DNA of 63,439 nucleotides, counting the filler, from Collodictyon triciliatum (lineage: Eukaryota): NCBI GenBank assembly GCA_043381765.1. It is 6 parts of 6 records of this genome, joined end to end, with 100 filler letters (N's around TTAATTAATTAA, not from the genome) between each part and the next. Parts side by side here need not be neighbours in the genome. Positions count along the whole stretch, not along the records: positions 41,196 to 54,816 come from JBHJMP010001953.1; positions 54,917 to 60,964 come from JBHJMP010002048.1; positions 61,065 to 63,439 come from JBHJMP010002071.1; 3 more parts are not named here. The stretch is one strand, 5' to 3'. The position numbers and the translations under genes were made by a program. Positions 54,588 to 63,439 of the stretch are shown here, piece by piece; position 1 is the stretch's first letter; the number at the start of each line of letters is the position of its first letter. The notes beneath the pieces were generated by a model. That model was not told the DNA's origin and searched no databases. It saw only the letters and a list, made by a program, of their open reading frames with translations.

Positions 54588-55501
54588 CTGATAATAATAA
54601 AAGCTAAAATTAATATGAAACCATTTCGTTTCCTCCCTTCAATCAGTGCTGGATTTGGTTGTAAGCTTGAGAAATAAGACCATCTGTCTCAAAAATCATG
54701 AATGGTGAGTGAAATGTGGTACGAAAAAGAAAAGAAAAAAGAAAAGAAAAAAGAAAAGAAAAAAGAAAAGAAAAAAGAAAAGAAAAAAAGAAAAGAAAAA
54801 AAAAAAGAAAAAAAAANNNNNNNNNNNNNNNNNNNNNNNNNNNNNNNNNNNNNNNNNNNNTTAATTAATTAANNNNNNNNNNNNNNNNNNNNNNNNNNNN
54901 NNNNNNNNNNNNNNNNGAAAAAAAAAAAAAAAAAACAAACAATTTTTTTTTTTTTTTTTCAATTTTTTAAAAAAAAAAAAAAAAAAAAAAAAGGAGTAGC
55001 AGTGCATGATTCAAGGGTTTCTTAACACCAAAGGACTTGACATCTATGAAGAGGTAGAAAAAGGTTTATAAAAGAGGAAACGTTGTTTTTTCAGTATTTT
55101 TTTTTAAAAAAAAAATGAAGCGATTCTTATATCTTGTGTCTTGTCTGATCTTATGGATTAAGTAACATCCATCTCCAAGTACCAAAGGTCAGAGCTTGCA
55201 TAAACAAAATTTTTCGAATTTAAAAGAACGAATCTTAGACAAAATAAAATGATATCAATATTAACAAAAATAGGACCCGTTTCAATTGATTGAATATGAA
55301 AAGGTGAATATCAAATTATTATTTCTTAAGTGGACATTTTTGAATAAAAATAAATGAATTCAAATTTAAAAAAAAGGGGGATAGTTCAGCAATATTTAAA
55401 AGCTTCAAATGGATGTATTGCAGAGAAGTGACATAGAAGCATAAAAGAGCATGAGCTAACAAAATGTAGAGAGACTCTTTATTTTATTGCATCATCAGTG
55501 C

Positions 55502-56848
55502 CTATTTGCCTTCATCCTCTTCATTCTCCTCGTACTCCGAGTAATCAAATACGGGTTTCGGCTGAGTTTTCTCGTATGCCTTTGTGAAGACGGGATTGTC
55601 TATGACATGGTTATATTACTCAATTACCAGAACCATCGTACATTTTTTTTTCATATTCTAGTAAAGCGTCTGCGAAAAGTTCATCCTGTTATGTGAATAA
55701 CCCAATCTAGGAATCATACTTTTCGCTGCCTCAGCGTACTTCAAAAGCGCCTCTCTTGGGTCGATATCTGAAATAATTGTGAATTATTTCAGTCAAAATA
55801 TAAGAAAATAATATAACAAAGATGTATTAAGTAGAGGCGATTTATAATGAGTAAAATAAGCGATATTGTGGCATAGTTCATTCTGCTCCAAGTATATTCG
55901 ATTACCTCGGTCGATAGGCTTCATGATGTCTTTCATGATAAACTGTGTCAGGCTACTTCCAAGACGACCACCAACACCGGGGCCCTAAATTAGAATACTT
56001 AATAATAAGTATCGAGAGTTCATAAATTTCATATTGTATATGAAGCCAGCAACGAGTTATTTGTTTCTATGTTGATCTGTTATATTTTAATAAAAGGTTT
56101 TTTTTAAAAAAAATAATAATTTAAATCATCAAAACAAAATAAGTGCCAAAATCAATTCAACCTGAATGGGATTTTCGGGAATTTTAGATTTCGATGGGTC
56201 CATCCTGTCTTTAACTCGTTGTCTCTTGCGGCTATTAAGAATAAAAGTAACCCATATAAAAAATAAATTAATATCAAGGTATCATGAAACAATTTGGAAG
56301 TCTTACAAAAATCATCAAGTTTTTTTTTTCTATATATAAACTTGCCTCGGTTCAGGTTTCAGAATTGCATGGGGATTAACGATTGGTCTGTGACGAAAAT
56401 AATGTGAGGGATTAAATTTTCGAATATCGCCGGTATAGACGATTTGATTTACACGCACATTGGGTCCCCAAATAATCTCGTATTTCAAGTGTGGTTTGTT
56501 TAAAATTAAACAATATATATTACAAAGCAACCTGATAAACTCTTGAATTTCATCGGAGGGGTCAGACTTTCGAACTTTTCGGGCGGCACATAACTTCGCT
56601 CCGTTATGCGAGAGGCCAGGGTCGTAAAAAACATGTGTTTGTCCTTTTGAACTGCCCACGATAATCTATGTTGGATGGTATCTTTTAATTCGTGTATTAA
56701 CTTATTATCGAAATAAAATGGAACCGATTAATACAAACCTGGTTAATTTTTGGATGCCACAGCATCCTAATAACGCTTGTTCCTTCAGCTATGCCATATT
56801 GATTTGTCTAGGACAGAACTATTAATCAGGGAGTGTCGCGTGGTAGTG

Positions 56849-56947
<99 letters not shown>

Positions 56948-59900
56948 GCCCAAGTGCACATAGAACATAGTGATAGATATGCAGTATGAACAATATTGAT
57001 AGCTCTACCTTTTTCAGAGTTGATTTATCATAGAAAACAAGGAGACCACTGTCGTTAGTTTTTTTAACAGAAGTTCCTTTGATTAACAGAAGATTAGAAA
57101 TAAAAAATTTGGTCCAAAAAGGAACATGAGAATGTGCACGTTTTGTACCTACTCTCGAAGAGAGGGCAATCAACATCCACAGAGAAGAAAGATAATATGT
57201 AGTCGCAATGGTGGTATGTTATCAAAGTTGGGACTTGAAGAAATTTTGTAACGAACCTGTGACGATGTACCTATCATCAGGCGAGAATATGCAATCAGTC
57301 ATATCATAAAAGTTGGGGAGGTTGTTGAATTCCTCCAATGCCACTTTTGATTGTCTGATATCCCAGACTGAATAGAGGAAGGAAAAGGAAAAAGTTGAAG
57401 AAAAGAAGAAAATCATGTAATAAAGAATGGAGTAATATTATTTATATGGCCAACAAATTATAGTAATCAAATAAGGATGAATAATTATATTATGCAAACT
57501 AATATGAGGCAATATTAAATGTGCGTTGAGGCGGCAGTTTTTTTTTTCATATATGTAACAATAAAACAAAGGTGCACGATGAAATTACAATTTTGTTTCT
57601 ATTGAACAAGTTATACAATAAATCCCCAAAATATGAAATATACGACCAGCATTAATGAATGACAACCAACCTTTCAAAGTAGAGTCTGCACCTCTGGATA
57701 TAATTGTATTCCCATCAACAGACATTCTGACACTCGTGATTCCCCCAGGAGCATGTGCCGATGGTAATTCCTTGATTATGTTTTATTTTATTTACTGAAA
57801 TTTTATATTTGCATTGTTTCTGAATAAAGATTAGTGTTCTCCTTTCAATTTGACATTGATTTAAGTTGGAAATTTTATGGAGAAGAGAGCCGCCACTTAC
57901 AAAAATAGGCTTTTGATAAGGCCCGTTTTTGGACCACCCTTGGATATTACCCGAATCGGTAGCTGTTTATGACATTCAAAAAGAAAAAAATTAGCACTCT
58001 AACGACCATGAGTATGATTGCTTCTCTTCACATGCATGCAAATATTGATAAACAACTCAAATGATAGGTATGGATTAATCAGGAACAAAAAGAGGAAAGT
58101 TTCAACAGACCGCATAAAATCATGGCGCCTTGTCTAGCCCACGAGGCAGATGACACAGCTACTTTAAGCCCTTTTTGGTTCACCTTTATGAGCTATGATG
58201 ATGGGGATTGATTCAATTATCGAATTATCATTAATAAGAATTAGCAGTGAAAGAAAAGTGCAAAAAATGGGAAACCCAGAATAGAAAAAAAATCAAATTA
58301 AAATGAATCATACCTGTTTGTGTCTCTTTTCGTTGTTGGCATCCCATATTCTGCGATGTATTTTAAAGATGATTTAGTACGATATGGAAGGAATTTACAA
58401 ATGTTTTTTTTTCGAATCTGGACTGATACAATTACCTAAGAGTTGCATCTTTTGACGCAGTGAGAATGGTATCGTGTTCAGAAGGGTGCCATCTCCCGCT
58501 GACGACTGTTGCTATGTGGCCTCTTTAGGAAATGAATAAGCAACAATTTGTCAGTGAAAATCAATGTGTCGGAATGATTAATTATCAAGTTATTGCGAGA
58601 AATCCAATAATTGATTTCTCAAGCAAAAAATTCAGTTGCAAACGTTCCCCTCATAACAAGTTGACATACAAGATGGAGTTGACATACAAGATGGAGTTTA
58701 CAGAAGAAAGGTAAATTAAGTGACATACTTAGTTTGGGCCATATCGTACAAATACTGGTCTCCTTTTATGAAATCAGCTCTGTTATCAGAGGTTATTATT
58801 ATTATTTTTTTAATATCCTCTTGGTCATCCTGAGGTTTGTTACGAGTATTTCAAACTTACAAATGAAAGCCATCTCTATCATATATTTTCGGCTGGGAAG
58901 ATGATAGCGTCACGAGCAAACGATCTCCACTGGGACTGTAATCCAGGTCGAAAATCTGGGATAGCCCGAAAATCTCTTTAAAATAACAAATATGACCACA
59001 TTATGAGTGAAATTCAGTGATACACGCCAAGATTATGCTCTCTTTGTTTCCCTTATAAAACCTGGTATCCACTGGAAGGTTCGATGGATCGAAAAGCATT
59101 CATTCGTTGGTCCATTCCGTTGAAGTCATAGAATTTTAAAAAGTAATCAAATGACCCGGTAATTAACCGCGAGCCGGATGGGTCTAATGAAATGGCGCTC
59201 ACAGCCTGTAAATGATATAGTTGCAATTATAAAGCGATTAATCTTCTCTTTTTTTTAAAAAAAATAAAGACAAAAATAAATAAGACGAAAAAAAAAAAAA
59301 CAGAAACAATATTCTAATTATGCACTTTATCATGGCCTCGAATAACAGCTTCATTCGTCATAGGAAGAGGTTGGGGCTCTGTGTCCTCATCATTATCCTA
59401 TATTGGGGTTAAGAATATTGTTTAATTCATCAAAAAATATCGAAAATAATGTATTGAGATGTTCTCAAGATTATTATTGTTATGTTGTAATTCATGAATG
59501 TTCTTTCTATGCGTGTTATAAATAATTTATGGGTATAAAATGACTTTGTTCAAACGAAGATGAAAAAGGTAATCTGAAAAACTTACATCTACTTCTTCAT
59601 CACCAAAGAACTTTGCCTTCTCTACATTCGATGTTAATGGCTTTCTTTGTTCAAATAACTGACCTTTACCGATGATATATCCATTTAAATTGCAATTTTT
59701 TGTGTTGTTGTTTCATTTCAAGGGTTGATGGATTTATGCCTACCTTCGTTTGATTCATCCTTGTCGGCATCACTATTACCGTCTTCTTCACTGCTTTCAC
59801 TGTTCTCAGGTATTGCACTAAATTTGGGCCCGACAAAATCCTCCTCCTCTTCTTCCTTGGATACAATTAGAACTTCCTTACTTTCTGTAGCTGCTGGACT

Positions 59901-60964
59901 GTATGGCTTTTCGTATAGAGTGATTATGATTAATCTTGAAAAATATATGTAAAATTATCCTGCAGATGGAGTTACATCAGTTCTAAGAGTAGTTACAAAG
60001 AAATTTTGGCTATACAAACCTTGTGCTTTGATGGTTCTTTTTCATCATCAGAACCTACAGGCAAGTTAGCAATCACTTATCGATGATGTAATCATTGTGA
60101 TAACATTGATACTGTCCAAATAGTCTTGTATGAACCACACCAAACCATTAACACACCACACACCATTGATATTTATTGATTAATATTAGAGACGATGGTG
60201 TTCAGGAATGATAATATCACAAACAAACTTGGACGGGGAATAAATGCTGGTCGAGGAGGGCCAACGAGTTTATTTTCCGCTTGTCCTTCGCGAGACAGAT
60301 GAGCAAGTCTTGGCGGCCCAGCAAATGACTCTAAGCGAACGGGTTTGAAATTTTGAGATGTTTTCTTTTCTCCTTCGCCATCACTGCCTTCGTCGATGTT
60401 TGGGGTTGGTTTAGTCTGACCAGTGCCAATATTGCCAAACTTCAGGATTGGAGCTGACTTCTAAGTCGTTGGGAAGGAGATGAAGTGGTCAATTAAAAGT
60501 CTTGTTATCAGCCCATTAATGAGCTCCTGCATGAGTTGAAGTTTTTTTTTTATTTTTCAAGAAAAAAAGGGGAAAAAGGGAAAAAGTCATTGAATAGTGG
60601 CAATTTGCAATATTTCATATTATTTTTATTGGAAAAAAAGAATTTAAAGAAAATGTACTTGTTTCGATTTTTCTGGGGCTTTTTCCTTTGCAGATTTCGT
60701 CCTTTTCAGTATCGTTAATAATTAATATATATATTTTAAAAAGAACAGCATTTATTCGTGGTGAATAGCGTAATAGAATAAATTTTCATTTCACTTTCTC
60801 CTCTTCTTTTCCTTTTACAAAAAAAAATATATGCAAATCAACTCATTTTGAGTTTATCAGATGATTATATGTTGGACGAACCCTCCGAATGAAGTTGGGA
60901 GGAACATCTTCAGCATAGAACGCTCCTCTTCATCATCTTCATCGAATATCGCGAGCTTCTTCTT
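55502..60964 (-). CDS. WDR70: WD repeat protein WDR70/GAD-1 (5'-partial)
   Basis: FLPTSFG, VGPPRP, IRGHDKAVSAISLDPSGSRLITGSFDY, FIKGDQYLYDMAQTKGH, TDCIFSPD, WHPKINQI, IVNPHA, SRKRQRVKDRMDP, GPGVGGRL, DPREALLKYA, AYEKTQPKPVF. Stop is TAG at 55502. Confidence 0.92.
56848..56946 (+). repeat. (TAA)n intronic microsatellite in WDR70
   Basis: Perfect trinucleotide array. Confidence 0.95.
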
Positions 60965-61245
60965 NNNNNNNNNNNNNNNNNNNNNNNNNNNNNNNNNNNN
61001 NNNNNNNNTTAATTAATTAANNNNNNNNNNNNNNNNNNNNNNNNNNNNNNNNNNNNNNNNNNNNTTTTTTTTTTTCTTTTTATTTTTCTAAAAAAAAAAA
61101 AAAAAGATTAAAATATGCTAAGTTAAAATCAGAAAAAATGTTAATCTAAAAATATTCGTCTAAAATTGAGTATTTTTTTGTCAAAAAAACCTTTAAAAAG
61201 ATTGCTCTACCGGCAGTTCTGAAAATTTTCTTGGATATTCACTAG

Positions 61246-63187
61246 AAATACGAGCAAAAAGTTCAGCCGCTACGTGGTCATCAACATGCAGTCATATGCG
61301 CAGTATACAATAGTACTTTTCATCACATTGTATCAGTTGATAACGATGGGTTGGTAATTGTATGGGATCCAGATAACGGCAATCGAATATTTCAATTTCA
61401 GGATGGCAGTAATGTATATATTTAATCATTGAAGTTTTTCTTTTTCCAAGTCTTACTTTCTAGTTATTTAGCTTTCTTTATTTTCCGAATGGACCTGCTG
61501 ATAAGGAAATCAATATGCTATCACAATTTAGTCCAAATGGAATTCATCTGTTATACATAAATCCGAAAAGAAACTCTTAGTAGCCAGCAGTGATAGTGTC
61601 ATCAAGGTACATAAAAATATATCTACATGTCTATGTACACCTTAAAAAATACATCTGATATTATAGTTTTTTTTTTGGTTTATTTGTTTAATTTGTCTGT
61701 CTGTCTGTTTGTTGTTAAAAAAAGAAAATAATGTAAATTTGTAGATTTATCACATTTTTCTGATTTCTGAATTATTTTCATATATTCTAAACTGTATGAT
61801 TTTTTCTTTTACTCTATTTATATTGAATCGAATAAAGAGAAAAACTTTACTATAACTTAGGCCTGGAACTTTAATAACGGATCTACGATCCAAGAATATA
61901 TATTCAAACCGGATTCTGATATATGTCTGGTACTCCATCGTGTTGAGGTATTAATATACAACCATACACATATATTTATAATCAAAAAAAATGAAAATGA
62001 AAATGAAAAGAAAATGATTGATTCTTTTTTTAAGGACGCAAATATGGGATCATTTATTATTTATTGTTATTTTAGGGTAGCATCAGCATGATTATTGCAA
62101 TTTCTTTCAACCAAAAAGTGGTTATATGGCACGAAGTCGCGGATGGTTCAGGACAAAACCAAATATACAAGCAATTTACTTGGTCAAGATATAAATTATG
62201 CAAATACAGTCCCTTTACCATATCTGTTCAAAAATTGTATTATCAACAAAATATTCTATAGTTGTAAAATATAAAGAAAATAAGGAAATTATTCACATAT
62301 GATTATACCGTATGTAGTCCCAGCGGCCCAGTAATATGTGCAGATTGGGCCTCTCCAAACCACTTTGCGATTGGGTGTGGAGATGGGAACATTCATGTTT
62401 ATGGTTTGGATACTTGCTCTATAAGACTTACGTTATCTCCATATTCTTGGAAAACTGAAGGAAAGCCCGGAAAGACTACTATCGAGCAAATAGTGTTTTT
62501 CACCGTGGATACGATTCTCTACATCATGGCTGTTGTTACCGACGGGATACTCAGGATATGGAGTTGCTCCAATGGAAACATTACTTGTGAAGTACACGCA
62601 AATCATCCAAATGGGGAATCAATTAGCATAGTTAAAATGAATAAAGGATTCTCAAGAATGATATCTGGAGATACCTCGGGTTATGTAAAAGTGAGACGGT
62701 TATGAAAAAAAAAGTTCCCTCAAGATTGTACAATTTTAACATTTTGATTGAGTATATGTTGGCTCTTTTGTGAAATAAAATAACCTTCTATTTAATTTTT
62801 TTTTTTGTACCTTACTAGGTATGGAATATAAACACAGTTTCGAAGCATATGAAATGGAGCGATCGATATCAACCACTCTTTTTGTGGAAGGCTCACGAAC
62901 TGGCAGTTACTAGGTACGACATATCTTCCTCCAAGGGCTCATTTTAGTATACTAGCAAGAAGTGGTATCACTTTGCTACATGGATCTTAAATCGACCCGA
63001 TCTGATTTACATACAAATAGTAAACGCTTTGGAAACAGAGCAACAAGAGATGAGTAATCAGACATGGAGTCATGTCTGATATTTTATACTAATATCAATT
63101 CAATACTTAGTCTGGACATATACGGAGATAAAGATATGATTCTTACGGGTTCTACCGATTTCCAAGTCCGCCTCTGGACAGTAGATG
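61246..63187 (+). CDS. WD40 protein of the WDR49/WDR64-like family (internal fragment)
   Basis: GHQHAVICAVYNSTFHHIVS..VIVWDPDNGNRIFQF, AWNFNNG, MISGDTSGYVKVWNI, WKAHELAVTSL, ILTGSTDFQVRLWTVDG. Confidence 0.75.
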
Positions 63188-63309
63188 GTGACTTTTAAGT
63201 TTACAATATGCTTTTTTAAGCTTTAATATATATTTTCAATGGCTCAACCTTAAATTAAATGTTTTTTATTAAAAAAAAAAATACATGCAAAAAAAGCTTA
63301 AGCAGAATC

Positions 63310-63439
63310 TTCTTTTTCTCTTTTTCTTTCTCTTTTTCTTTCTCTTTCTCTTTCTCTTTCTCTTTCTCTTTCTCTTTCTCTTTCTCTTTCTCTTTCTCTT
63401 TCTCTTTCTCTTTCTCTTTCTCTTTCTCTTTCTCTTTTT
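63310..63439 (+). repeat. (TTTCTC)n microsatellite
   Basis: Hexamer array at the window end. Confidence 0.92.

Noticed and set aside
58660-58700. 18-bp tandem duplication GTTGACATACAAGATGGA in a WDR70 intron
   Set aside because: It has two copies with no spacer, consistent with ordinary slippage; it is not CRISPR-like.
61505-61530. Apparent in-frame TAG in the WDR49-like gene
   Set aside because: It is resolved by the canonical donor AAT|GTATAT and acceptor TTTAG|TCC.

Overview
Eukaryotic, intron-rich, AT-rich genomic DNA, probably from a protist; the taxon cannot be assigned from this window. The window is not one locus. Six unlinked scaffolds (1-13637, 13738-27359, 27460-41095, 41196-54816, 54917-60964, 61065-63439) are joined by an artificial 44N-TTAATTAATTAA-44N linker, and there are three internal N gaps. 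Manual splicing gives about 14 protein genes in the standard code: a WD40/coiled-coil gene, a class-C-GPCR-like TM-RGS fusion, a TRIM-NHL with a split RING, TBC1D5, a neurobeachin-like BEACH protein, an ankyrin protein, two tandem secreted alpha-carbonic anhydrases, an unknown helical protein, TAF7, PTEN-like, ADCK1-like, WDR70 and a WDR49/64-like gene. There is also a stop-interrupted ORF1/RRM-like remnant. The most notable signal is in splicing: a minor-spliceosome (U12-type) AT-AC intron in TAF7 with a divergent donor (ATATCCAA), at least four GC-AG introns, and many AAG acceptors lacking a polypyrimidine tract. All gene models are manual and lack RNA support.
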